A DNA stretch of 32,000 nucleotides from Trichodesmium erythraeum IMS101 (GTDB lineage Bacteria > Cyanobacteriota > Cyanobacteriia > Cyanobacteriales > Microcoleaceae), in the NCBI RefSeq assembly GCF_000014265.1, contig NC_008312.1, positions 5,040,001-5,072,000 on the forward strand, written 5' to 3'. A model generated the notes under the pieces. That model was given only the letters and a program-made list of their open reading frames with translations. It ran no database searches and was not told where the DNA came from. The translations under genes and the position numbers were made by a program. Below, piece by piece: positions 17,804 through 27,717 of this stretch. Every line of letters begins with the position of its first letter. Within the stretch, counting starts at the first letter, position 1.

Positions 17804-18589
17804 ATGGTGGATAATAAATCTAAAAATTGTACAAAAGTAACTGAATTAAGTTATACTATGAAACGGAAATTCGCAGGTATTACTCATACAGGTAATGTTC
17901 GCTCAATTAATCAAGATTCTTACTATATAGATCCTGAAGGAAAATTTTTTATTGTTGCTGATGGTATGGGAGGACACACAGGTGGTCTAGAGGCAAGTAC
18001 AATTGCTACAGAAGTAATTAAAACTTATCTCGTTAATTCTTGGCAGGATACTATCGAATCAACCTATTTGCTAAAATCTGCCTTTATTAAAGCAAATAAA
18101 GCTATTATAGATGACCAGCAAAAATCCCCTGAACTTTCTGATATGGGTACAACAGTAGCAGTAGTTATCTTCCGAGAGGAAAAATATTGGTGCGCAAATA
18201 TCGGAGACTCTCGTATCTATAGACTTCGAGACAAAACACTAACACAAATTACAGAAGACCAAACCTGGGTAGCTCAGGCAGTGAGGAATAATTTGATAAC
18301 TCCAGAGCAAGCTAGAACTCATCCTTGGCGTCATGTACTTTCCCAATGTTTGGGTAGGAAAGATATGGGTCAGATAGAACTCTTACCTTTAGATGTTCAG
18401 CCGGGCGATCGCCTCTTACTCTGCAGTGACGGACTAACAGAGGAGTTGCCTGATTCTATTATTACTCAATTATTAAGTTCTAATAAAGATAGTCAAACTA
18501 TCGCTGAAGAATTATTAGATACCGCTAAGGATAAAGGAGGTCGTGATAATATTACAGTGCTAATTGTAATTGTGGAAGTTGAAAAATGA
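17804..18589 (+). CDS. PP2C-family Ser/Thr protein phosphatase
   Basis: Motifs: [41 protein letters not shown]. The start may instead be the ATG at 17858 ([12 protein letters not shown]...), which matches typical PP2C N-termini better. Confidence 0.85.
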   Translation: MVDNKSKNCTKVTELSYTMKRKFAGITHTGNVRSINQDSYYIDPEGKFFIVADGMGGHTGGLEASTIATEVIKTYLVNSWQDTIESTYLLKSAFIKANKAIIDDQQKSPELSDMGTTVAVVIFREEKYWCANIGDSRIYRLRDKTLTQITEDQTWVAQAVRNNLITPEQARTHPWRHVLSQCLGRKDMGQIELLPLDVQPGDRLLLCSDGLTEELPDSIITQLLSSNKDSQTIAEELLDTAKDKGGRDNITVLIVIVEVEK

Positions 18590-19836
18590 CCAAGGTTATT
18601 GGTTTGATAAGTGGTACTTCCGTAGATGGTATAGATGCAGCTTTGGTTGATATTACTGGAAGTCAAACAAATTTAACAGTTGAATTACTCACAGCACTTA
18701 CTTATCCCTACCCAGATAATTTGCGATCGCAAATTCTTGATATTTGTTCCGGTGCATCTATCTCAATAGCTGAGTTAGCTGAACTTAATGATACTATTGC
18801 TCAAGAATTTGCGACGGCAGCATTAATAATTAACCAGAAATATGCTGTGAATGCAGAACTAATTGGCTCTCACGGTCAAACTGTGTATCATCGTCCACCA
18901 TCTCAACAATTAGGCTATAGTCTACAGTTAGGTCGTGGTGAGGTTATTGCTAATTTAACTGGAATTACTACCATTAGTAATTTTCGGGCTGCTGATATTG
19001 CAGCCGGAGGTCACGGTGCCCCCTTAGTTCCTTGTGTTGATGTTCATTTACTGGGTCACCCAAAATATACTCGATGTGTACAAAATTTAGGTGGAATTGG
19101 TAATGTGACTTATCTAAAAAATCAACCCTTTTGGGGAAGTCAAAATTCAATCCCCCCTTTACCTGTTTATATGGGGAAAGTCAAAAGTAAAAAAAAAGAG
19201 GAATTAGTAACAACCTTAGCTGATACTCAAGGAGTTTTAGGTTGGGATACAGGACCGAGTAATACATTATTAGATTTAGCAGTACAACAGCTTTCTCAAG
19301 GAAGTAAAACCTACGACAAAAATGGAGAATGGGCAGCTACTGGCAGACCATGCCAAGAGTTAGTAGAAATATGGTTAAAACAAGACTTTTTTCAACAGAA
19401 ACCCCCAAAGTCTACGGGACGAGAATTATTTGGTAAGGACTATTTATTAAAATGTTTTAGTGATGGGGAAAAATATCATTTAAGTGCTTCTGATATATTA
19501 GCAACTCTCACAGAATTAACAGCAGCTTCAATTAATCATAGCTATAGAAATTTCTTACCAAATTTGCCAGACCAAATATTATTATGTGGCGGTGGTAGTC
19601 ATAATTTATATTTAAAAAAACGGATAGAGAATTTATTAGCACCAATACCGGTAATGACCACTGCTGAAGTAGGTATAGATGTAGATTTTAAAGAAGCGAT
19701 CGCTTTTGCAATTTTAGCTTATTGGCGTTCCTTAGAAATTCCCTGTAATTTGCCAGAAGTTACAGGAGCAAAATCTCAAGTTATGTTAGGGGAAATTCAT
19801 CAACCAATTACAAGGAATAAGGGAATAGCAGAATAG
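18586..19836 (+). CDS. anmK: Anhydro-N-acetylmuramic acid kinase
   Basis: 416-aa [55 protein letters not shown] and CGGGSHN parallel E. coli AnmK. The start ATG overlaps the PP2C stop (ATGA). Confidence 0.88.
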   Translation: MTKVIGLISGTSVDGIDAALVDITGSQTNLTVELLTALTYPYPDNLRSQILDICSGASISIAELAELNDTIAQEFATAALIINQKYAVNAELIGSHGQTVYHRPPSQQLGYSLQLGRGEVIANLTGITTISNFRAADIAAGGHGAPLVPCVDVHLLGHPKYTRCVQNLGGIGNVTYLKNQPFWGSQNSIPPLPVYMGKVKSKKKEELVTTLADTQGVLGWDTGPSNTLLDLAVQQLSQGSKTYDKNGEWAATGRPCQELVEIWLKQDFFQQKPPKSTGRELFGKDYLLKCFSDGEKYHLSASDILATLTELTAASINHSYRNFLPNLPDQILLCGGGSHNLYLKKRIENLLAPIPVMTTAEVGIDVDFKEAIAFAILAYWRSLEIPCNLPEVTGAKSQVMLGEIHQPITRNKGIAE

Positions 19837-20024
19837 GGAAGTAGGGGAAATAGAGAATAGGATTAATCTCTAAGGTTGTCTAATTTAATTAGGGCTAGCT
19901 GATTAATTATCAAAGTATTGACAGATAAAAGCTTGACCCTTTGAGACCTGAAAAAAGTTTCAGCTTTTGAGTTACTCAAGTTCAGATCAGTTAGCACTGA
20001 CCTTAGGCACTCATCATTGTCAAC

Positions 20025-20973
20025 TATAGTCGTTTTAATTAAGATTGAAACAAAAATTGAGTATAATAAAATTAAGTCAACTAGAAACTATTTTGAACTA
20101 TGCCTTACAGTTTATAATTAAGATAAAAAGTAATAAATTTTGTAGAAAATGGCGGTAAGATTACCGAAGCAGCTCATATATTTGGGATAAGAATAGCTTC
20201 GATATATAGATGTTTATCTCGCCCAAAATTGTCAGCAACTAAGGTAAAAAGTCGTCAAAAAAATTAGATGGGAAAGAATTATAAAAAGATGTAAAACAAA
20301 ATCAATAGTCGATTATTGTCAGACAGAGCTAAAAAAATTGGAGTTAATCAACCAGCTATATTTTATGCTTTTAAAAGAATGGAAATTACTAGAAAAAAAA
20401 CTTCGTTATAGATAAATAAATAGAGAATAAAGAATAAAATATTATCAGAAACTACGAAATTTTATCAAAAAATTTGGAAGTAAAAGCCTTGTATTTATTG
20501 ATGAGTAAGGATTTGAAGATAATCAAGACTGTATTTATGCCTGGTCAAAAAAAGGGAAACAAGTTTATGGTGAGCAAGAGAGAAAACGAGGAAAAAGAGA
20601 AAATTTAGTAGCCGAGAGAATAAAAAAGGAAAAAGATTTAATGGCACCAATTATATTTAAATGAACCCTAAATGCCGTGGGATTTGAACAATGGTTAGAT
20701 AAACATTTATTACCATTATTAAAAATTCCCAGTGTACTGCTGCACGGATAATTCACCAATTCATATAAAAAACGTTATTAGAGAATTAGTAGAAGCAGGA
20801 GGTCATCAATTACTATTTTTGCCAAAATACTCTCCTCATTTAAATGACATAGAATATGATTTTAGTGCATAAAAAAAAGAATGGAATGTGTTCACCTATC
20901 AATACATCTCTCGATAAAATTATTTGTAATTATTGTGCCAGATAGTGTCTTATTCTTATTTAAAAGAACTATA
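20025..20973 (+). mobile_element. IS630/Tc1-mariner-family element, degenerate
   Basis: Imperfect terminal inverted repeats TATAGTCGTTTTAATTAAGA (20025-20044) and TCTTATTTAAAAGAACTATA (20954-20973), 17/20 complementary. Ends sit at TA dinucleotides. Encloses the transposase pseudogene. Confidence 0.6.
20100..20944 (+). pseudogene. IS630-family transposase pseudogene
   Basis: Multi-frame translation gives MPYSL.LR.KVINFVENGGKITEAAHIFGIRIASIYRCLSR..., ...SLVFIDE.GFED..., ...YAWSKKGKQVYGE..., ...GFEQWLDKHLLPLL..., ...LFLPKYSPHLNDIEYDF.... This is the typical DDE IS630 layout, broken by many stops and frameshifts. Confidence 0.7.
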
Positions 20974-21157
20974 AGACAGGACTTACCCAGGTACGATAGC
21001 ACTCAGATTGAACTTTTCGTTAAATAATCATAAATTTACCCCATACTTACTTATTAACAAGGTATTAAAACTCAAGTTTAAGTTATTTAACTCAAAGTAT
21101 AGATGCCATAGTAAATTTATAGCACTACATCCTCACTGGTTAGGACAATAAATTTGG

Positions 21158-21924
21158 GTGTTGCACAATAGAGAATGATATTCTAGAATTTTATTGAGAG
21201 ATAAATTGTCCTTATTGTCAAACCCTGTCAAAGCCATAAAGTAGTGAAAAATGGTCATCGTCAGGGAAAACAGAGTTATCTTTGCCGTGAGTGTGGCCCT
21301 CAATTTCGAGATAGCCCCTGTCCTGCGGGTTATAGTTCTGATGTTAAAGAGCTTTGTGTAAAAATGTCCCTTAATGGCATGAGATTCGGAGCTATTGAGA
21401 GAGTGACTGGTATTTCCCATGATATGATATGGTCCTTAATTAGGTACGACTTGCACACAGCACACAGAGAGTGATGATAACTTAGAAAATCCTGAGACGG
21501 CTCAAATTGATGAACTGCAAACTTTTATCGGCTCAAAACAAAAAAAAACAAAAGCCATGGACAGTTGTTAATAGCAAAATGCCAGTAATTTTAAAGTTTG
21601 TGATAGGCGATCGCTGGGCCGCTACCTTTACAGTATTATGGCAGATGATTCACGGTTGAGCTTGTTTTCTCGGTTGTTACAGATGGTTACAAAGTGTATC
21701 CTTGCTTAATTGATGATTGGGAGCACCTAGTAAGCAAAACAGCAATGACCATTGTAGTTGGAGAAAACTGCCGTCTGAGAGACTATCTAGCTAGGTTACA
21801 TCGCAAAACTTTGTGCTACTCAAAGTCCATTGATATGTTGTACAGATCAATTCACTTGTTGATCTATTATTTGAAACATCAACAAATTCCTCAATTCTCC
21901 TAATCATTCGTCATTGTGCAACGC
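21158..21924 (+). mobile_element. IS1-family element, 767 bp, degenerate
   Basis: 22-bp terminal inverted repeats GTGTTGCACAATAGAGAATGAT (21158-21179) and ATCATTCGTCATTGTGCAACGC (21903-21924), 18/22 complementary. The size matches IS1 (about 768 bp). Contains InsA/InsB-like coding remnants. Confidence 0.7.
21200..21903 (+). pseudogene. IS1-family insA/insB-like transposase, frameshifted
   Basis: VVKNGHRQGKQSYLCRECGPQF (zinc-finger region like E. coli InsA ...VVRNGKS..QRYLCSHCRKTW). Then ...IDELQTFIGSK... and ...GENCRLRDYLARLHRKTLCYSKSIDML... (InsB C-terminus). Several stops and frame changes between the segments. Confidence 0.7.
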
Positions 21925-22118
21925 GACTTTTCTTGTGGGAGAAGTCGCGATCGCAACATTCATGCCACAAAGCAGCAAGAAATACTTGTCTCAATATAAA
22001 TTAAAACAACTATAATAGCTATTGACATCCTCCTCAGCTGTGCCGGCGCACTTAAACAAGTGAGCCGTAGCACCGATGCAAGTTGACCTTTCACAGGCTG
22101 CTGCTACTTTAGTATTAC

Positions 22119-24692
22119 CTACTTCAAATGAGCAATAGTCACCCCACTACCTCCATCATTTCTAGCAGCTAATTCATAACGTTCCACCAACGGATGTTCC
22201 TGCAAAAATTCATGGATACCCTGCCTCAACTTACCAGTACCCTTACCATGAATAATCCACAACAAACCATATTCGATCGCTTTCGATAACGCCCTATCAA
22301 CTTCAAATTGAGCATCCGCAACCCGACTGCCACGAATATCAATACTATTTTGAGAAGTACGAACAGCCAAACCATTAGAACTTACTTTCGGCGGAGTTTC
22401 CTTAGACTTACTTTCTACCTTCTTGCTCCTTTGAGACTCCAAATTTTTATTCTTCTTAAAAGACTCAACCCTCTCACCATCAAGAGACTCAACCTCCCTC
22501 AAATTAACCGTCATTTTCATCACCCCAAACTTAACAGTCAACTCATCATTTTCATTAGGAGCGCTCAAAACCTCAGCAATTTGACCAATTTTCGGAATTC
22601 TAATGCGATCGCCCTCCTTTGGCATAAAACCTGGTTTCTTTGGTGGGGGAGTAGCAGAAGGCAAATATTTCTCAGAAATTTCATTAATAGCATTAGTGGC
22701 TTTCTGAGCATTTCTAGCAGTCAGGGGACCCTGTTGCAAATTCCGAATTACCCTTGCTATTTCTGCTTTTGCCTCAGCAATTTTTTCTTGTACTGCCACC
22801 TCCTGCGCCAACTTTAATTCCCGTTCCCGTTCCTTGAGAGCAGAAGCTTTTCGGGCAACTTCCTGATGTAAAGACTCAGTTTCCTGTAATAATGCAGACG
22901 CTTCCTTAGCCTTAGTTTCCTGCTTTTGTCTTTGCTCCTCCAAACCTGCAATTACTTGATTCACATCCTCAGAACTGTCCCCAACATAATCTTGCGCCCT
23001 ATCAATAATATCCTGTTTTAAACCCAACCTACCAGCAATAGTCATAGCATTAGACCGCCCAGGAATTCCCCATAGTAAACGATAAGTTGGTTGTAAGGAA
23101 TTACTATCAAATTCGACTGAAGCATTTTCAAACCGTTCATCTTCATATTTAAGAGCCTTCAACTCTCCAAAGTGAGTAGTTGCCACTGTTAATAGTGCAT
23201 TATCTGCCAAATATTGCAATAAAGAAATTGCTAAAGCACTACCTTCAGTAGGGTCAGTACCAGCACCAACTTCATCCAACAAAACCAGAGTAGACGATAA
23301 ATTAGAACTTTCCAGATTTTCATTCCCAGACAAATTATCAATTTCCGAATTATTTTCATTCTCAGAAAAATCATCCGAGTCTATTACCTTTGAGTTTTGA
23401 GTTTTAACTTTTAACTTTTGACTTATTATATTTGCCTTACTAACATCTATAGCTTCTAAAATTCTAATAATTCGCCGAATATGACCAGAAAAAGTAGATA
23501 AACTTTGCTCCAAAGACTGCTCATCACCAATATCAGCCAATATTTGCTCAAACCAAGGTAACTTTACAGGATCATTAGCAGGAATAAATAATCCCACTTT
23601 TGCCATAAGTGCAGCTAATCCCAGAGTTTTCAGAGTCACAGTCTTACCACCAGTATTAGGACCCGTAATTGCTACCACTCTCACTGGAGGTCTAACCTTC
23701 ACATCAATAGGTACTACCGAATTTTTTTGTTCATACTGCTGTTGCCATACCAGTAAAGGATGTCGTAATTGACCCATAGTCATAGGTTGCTCAGAGTCTA
23801 GGTCAGTAAATTGAGGTGGTGTAGCTTCCAACCATAAACTATAACGAGCCCGAGCTGTAGCTAGGTCAATAATAGTAGTAATTGCCAACAGCTGATCTAA
23901 ATCCTCCTTAACTTCTGCCACCTTCTGAGTTAAAGCTTGCCGAATAGCTTCTTCTTCTCTTTGAGCTTGACGTTGCAGTTGTCGCATTTGATTATTCAGG
24001 TTGACAACTGCATTAGGTTCAATGTATAGTGTAGAACCAGTCGTAGACGTATCATGAACAATACCAGGTACAGCATCTTTTTGAGGAGCTTTAACAGGAA
24101 TTACAAAGCGATCGTCGCGTTGAGTAATAATTGGTTGTTGAATAGCATTAGCTTTCCGTTGTAAAATTCCTCGGAGAATATTGTCAATACGATCGCGTAG
24201 GCGGTGTATTTTTTCACGAATTCCTGCCAATTTAGGGCTAGCTCTATCCGTAACATCTCCCCGGTCATCTATACAACGATGAATTTCTTGTTCTAACTCT
24301 GGATAAGTCCGCATATCCGCCACCAATTCCGGCAAAACTGACAGCTCATATTCTGACTCATAACTATCAATTGCCCGACGCAACTTACGAACACCTGCCA
24401 GAGTTGTAGCAATAGCTAAAAGTTCATATCCAGAAAGTATACCACCTAATTCTGATCTTTTGAGGGAACCACTGATATCTTCAATTCCATCAAAAGACAA
24501 GCCCTGCACCAGAAGAGTTTCTAGTTTGTATACTTCCTGAGTTTGAGCTAATAAATGTATTGTCTCCGTCCTTGTTAACGGAATTGATAAATGACTAGCT
24601 GTAACTGCACCCAATTTGGTACCTGTAAAAGTGGCCAAATGTTGACACAAGCGAGGCCATTCTAGTAATTCTAACGTCTCAGATTGAATCAA
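22119..24692 (-). CDS. mutS2: Endonuclease MutS2 (MutS ATPase plus C-terminal Smr domain)
   Basis: 857-aa ORF with a TTG start giving MIQSETLELLEWPRL. Walker A GPNTGGKT, SLSTFSGH, Walker B LVLLDEVGAGTDP. C-terminal Smr domain (IDIRGSRVADA...IIHGKGTGKLR). Confidence 0.92.
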   Translation of the reverse strand: MIQSETLELLEWPRLCQHLATFTGTKLGAVTASHLSIPLTRTETIHLLAQTQEVYKLETLLVQGLSFDGIEDISGSLKRSELGGILSGYELLAIATTLAGVRKLRRAIDSYESEYELSVLPELVADMRTYPELEQEIHRCIDDRGDVTDRASPKLAGIREKIHRLRDRIDNILRGILQRKANAIQQPIITQRDDRFVIPVKAPQKDAVPGIVHDTSTTGSTLYIEPNAVVNLNNQMRQLQRQAQREEEAIRQALTQKVAEVKEDLDQLLAITTIIDLATARARYSLWLEATPPQFTDLDSEQPMTMGQLRHPLLVWQQQYEQKNSVVPIDVKVRPPVRVVAITGPNTGGKTVTLKTLGLAALMAKVGLFIPANDPVKLPWFEQILADIGDEQSLEQSLSTFSGHIRRIIRILEAIDVSKANIISQKLKVKTQNSKVIDSDDFSENENNSEIDNLSGNENLESSNLSSTLVLLDEVGAGTDPTEGSALAISLLQYLADNALLTVATTHFGELKALKYEDERFENASVEFDSNSLQPTYRLLWGIPGRSNAMTIAGRLGLKQDIIDRAQDYVGDSSEDVNQVIAGLEEQRQKQETKAKEASALLQETESLHQEVARKASALKERERELKLAQEVAVQEKIAEAKAEIARVIRNLQQGPLTARNAQKATNAINEISEKYLPSATPPPKKPGFMPKEGDRIRIPKIGQIAEVLSAPNENDELTVKFGVMKMTVNLREVESLDGERVESFKKNKNLESQRSKKVESKSKETPPKVSSNGLAVRTSQNSIDIRGSRVADAQFEVDRALSKAIEYGLLWIIHGKGTGKLRQGIHEFLQEHPLVERYELAARNDGGSGVTIAHLK
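23391..23425. repeat. Five tandem heptamers (TGAGTTT x2, TAACTTT x2, TGACTTA) inside the mutS2 coding sequence
   Basis: Read directly. On the coding strand this is AAGTCAA AAGTTAA AAGTTAA AACTCAA AACTCAA, encoding ..SQKLKVKTQNSK... Confidence 0.9.
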
Positions 24693-24987
24693 AGCTTATC
24701 TATAAAGGATTAATGACTATGAAATATATGATACTACAATTACCAAAATTATGTGTTCAATGATCATTAACTCAATAATCTAATTACACCACTTTTAAGG
24801 ACATCTAAATACACTTTAATACTAGCTTATATTGCCCTCATTTCCCAAACCTAATTAACTCCAAAACTGCTCTAAGAATCAAACATGTAGCGCCCGTATA
24901 TTCCCCAGAATAATTGTATCTCAACATTGATCTAAATTTGCTATATTATTCTTTGACCTTGCTGTTAGGAGATTGTCAATTTTAGCC

Positions 24988-26241
24988 TCAAAAATTTTGT
25001 TTAGGTTTATTATTAGCCACTGACTCTACTAGTCCTAAAGCAATAAAGTTACTCAACAAAGCCGAACGCCCATAACTAAGTAAAGGTAGTGGGATCCCAG
25101 TCACAGGAGCCAAACCAATATTCATACCAATATTTACAAAAACTTGGAAGATTAACATTGATAATACTCCAATGGCTATAAGAGAACCAAAATTATCTTT
25201 AGCAGTGTAAGCAATAATCACCAAGCGTAGACAAATAAACCAAAAAGCAAACAGTACAAAAATACAACCAATGAAACCAAACTCTTCCCCAATAGCTGAG
25301 AAGATAAAATCCGTATGTTGCTCTGGAATAAAATTCAGTTGAGTTTGAGTGCCTTGATATAATCCTCTACCAAAAAGTTGTCCAGATCCTATAGCAATGC
25401 GAGATTGAATCAAATGATATCCTGTACCCAAAGGGTCTTGTTCCGGATTAAGAAATCCCGTTAATCTATCTTTTTGATAGTCTTTGAGAAGATGCCATAA
25501 AGTTTGCGCAACATTTGAAGAACAAATATTAATACCAGCAACTATAGGCGTCCATAACCATCCCCAAGGTAGACTACGCCAAGCTATTAAGGCCATCAGA
25601 GTTATCCATGCAAACCAAGCAGGGGTATATAGATTATGAAGAATAATTGAGAAAATGGGAGAGACAAGTAATATTAACCACCCAGGATTAATATTACCCC
25701 AGTAAAGCATTCCTATAGTAATAACACCAAATATTAATGAAGTACCCAGATTTGGTTCTAAAAAAACTAATAGCCAGGGAATGGCTGTAACAATTAGAAC
25801 TTGAAACAAATCGAATAGCTTTACCTTAGGCTTAGAAGAAAGTATTGCTGCCAAAGTAATAATTATTCCCACCTTAGCGAATTCCGAAGGTTGAACATGA
25901 AAGCCAGCAACATTAATCCACCGTTGTGCTCCCAGAGCTGAAGTACCTAGAGCCTGTACCGCAACTAGGGAAATATTGGTCAAAATGTAAATTGCCCATT
26001 TCCAGCGAACTAACACTTCGTAGCGACAACGAGCAATAATTAGGGCCAAAATCAAACCTACTCCTCCTGTAAGCCAATGCTGCCACCAGTCTGTCAGCCC
26101 CTGATTTTTTTCCACACTTTGGATTATAATTCCACCAAAGATCGTCATTCCTATATAAACCAGTAGTAATTTACAATCTATATATTTCCAGCTTGAAAGG
26201 AGTGATTTTCGGCCATTTCTTAAGACTAATTTATTCGTCAT
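24988..26241 (-). CDS. SEDS-family peptidoglycan glycosyltransferase (FtsW/RodA/SpoVE), probably RodA
   Basis: 417-aa polytopic membrane ORF. Has ...QPSEFAK..., ...EPNLGT..., ...EQHTDFIF..IGEE.GF.G... and ...GLAPVTGIPLPLLSYG.S, characteristic of SEDS proteins. Confidence 0.85.
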   Translation of the reverse strand: MTNKLVLRNGRKSLLSSWKYIDCKLLLVYIGMTIFGGIIIQSVEKNQGLTDWWQHWLTGGVGLILALIIARCRYEVLVRWKWAIYILTNISLVAVQALGTSALGAQRWINVAGFHVQPSEFAKVGIIITLAAILSSKPKVKLFDLFQVLIVTAIPWLLVFLEPNLGTSLIFGVITIGMLYWGNINPGWLILLVSPIFSIILHNLYTPAWFAWITLMALIAWRSLPWGWLWTPIVAGINICSSNVAQTLWHLLKDYQKDRLTGFLNPEQDPLGTGYHLIQSRIAIGSGQLFGRGLYQGTQTQLNFIPEQHTDFIFSAIGEEFGFIGCIFVLFAFWFICLRLVIIAYTAKDNFGSLIAIGVLSMLIFQVFVNIGMNIGLAPVTGIPLPLLSYGRSALLSNFIALGLVESVANNKPKQNF

Positions 26242-26443
26242 ATTTTTAAAGTTTAGATACTTTATAATTTATAGTATTCTCTATACCTAATACATTTACT
26301 AGGGTGGAATGTCTGCATAAATTCAAATTTTCTTTGACTCAAAAAATAGAATTGAAGTAAAACCCCTTTCAAGCAGAGTTAATTCTTCAAGTCCTCTATA
26401 GTATTAAGGCGTAAAATTTTATTTTAATTATCAACTAAAGTTC

Positions 26444-26794
26444 CTAGTTCACTGGTTCATAGAGGTATTCAAACCAGTTACCATCTAAATCTCTTCCATA
26501 GAAAGAAGCTGTGCCATCTCGGTGTTCATGGATTGGAGATACTTCAACTTCCTTGGCTTGGAGCTGCTTGTATGCCATTTCCATTTCTGAGCGATCGCTA
26601 AACACAAACCCAAAATGTGGCCCTGCTTGCTCATATGTAGGACTCAAAAGCGCCAGTCCATCATCTCCTGCTTTGAGATATGCCCAGTCAGAATCTTTCC
26701 AGGTTATTTCCATGCCTAGATTTTTATAGAACTCTACTGATTGGTCAACGTCCTGGACACAGATAGCTATATGGCCTAATCTTTTTAATTTCAT
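26444..26794 (-). CDS. VOC-family (glyoxalase/bleomycin-resistance/dioxygenase fold) protein
   Basis: 116-aa ORF. LGHIAICVQDVDQSVEFYKNLGM...HFGF...DLDGN.FE is the typical VOC pattern. Confidence 0.8.
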   Translation of the reverse strand: MKLKRLGHIAICVQDVDQSVEFYKNLGMEITWKDSDWAYLKAGDDGLALLSPTYEQAGPHFGFVFSDRSEMEMAYKQLQAKEVEVSPIHEHRDGTASFYGRDLDGNWFEYLYEPVN

Positions 26795-27363
26795 GGTAAA
26801 GAGTTATTAAAATTTATCTATTCCTAATTGTATTGTGTATAAATACACTAGGTCGTATGTAGTAATCTTATTTTATTCTCTGTATATAAATCATCAGAAT
26901 ATTTATTTTATCTAAAAGCTATTTAACTTGAGATTACCAAGTTCCCCTCAAAAACTATTGCCTTTAAAAGCTAAAAGTATTATAGGAATTGGCTTATAGC
27001 ATTTATAGTTGTTTTGAGAAAGTTTCTAACCTTGAGATAGCTGTCAGCCAAAGCTCCCAATAGTTATGCCCAGAACTTCTCACTGTCTAGTATTTAATAT
27101 TGATCCATTATTTTATTTGTCAGATTCAGGTAAATCAGAAAATTTAATGGCAAAAGCTAAGTCAACTAATTCTCAGTAGTAAGTAATGGGTCAATTCCAA
27201 AACCTTTACAAAATTAGATAGATCAGGAAATTTCTGATTTTCGTTCCTAGGCTCCCTATTAATAGAGGTAGTAATAGATAACTGATAATTAATAACTGAA
27301 ATGATAAATCCTCCTATTAATTTGATACCCTAACTAAAATGGTATTGAAAATAAGTAAAAATA

Positions 27364-27717
27364 GTGGATATATCGATTGGACGCGGAAAAACAGCTCGTA
27401 GAGCTTACGGAATTGATGAAATCGCCCTAGTTCCTGGGCAAAGGACACTTGATATAAATTTAGTAGATACTAGATGGAGTATTGGTGGCATTGAAAGAGA
27501 AATACCAATAATTGCTAGTGCAATGGATGGAGTAGTTGATGTAAAAATGGCCGTTCTTTTATCAGAACTAGGAGCAATGGGAGTTCTCAATTTGGAGGGT
27601 ATTCAAACTCGCTATCCTGATCCAGTGCCGATATTAGAAAAAATTAGCTCTGTTGGGAAAGAGGAATTTGTGAGTCTAATGCAGGAACTGTATGCTGCTC
27701 CTATTCAATCAGAATTA
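27364..27717 (+). CDS. GuaB3-type IMP dehydrogenase-related protein, exon 1 (118 codons, GTG start)
   Basis: MDISIGRGKTARRAYGIDEIALVPGQRTLD...IPIIASAMDGVVD... matches the conserved GuaB3 N-terminus. The reading frame enters intron sequence at 27718 and stops after 6 extra codons (27738). Confidence 0.85.

Noticed and set aside
20565-20759. 64-aa minus-strand ORF
   Set aside because: Antisense within the IS630 transposase pseudogene.
21133-21420. 95-aa minus-strand ORF, plus the plus-strand ORFs 21244-21474 and 21694-21903 treated as independent genes
   Set aside because: The plus-strand ORFs are the InsA-like and InsB C-terminal fragments of one frameshifted IS1-family transposase. The minus-strand ORF is its antisense shadow.
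22308-22817. 169-aa plus-strand ORF
   Set aside because: Lies wholly inside mutS2 on the opposite strand. The translation is Leu/Ser/Arg/Asn-rich with no domain signature, so it is a shadow ORF.
26511-26729. 72-aa plus-strand ORF, and the 27405-27590 minus-strand ORF
   Set aside because: Antisense shadows of the VOC gene and of GuaB3 exon 1 respectively.
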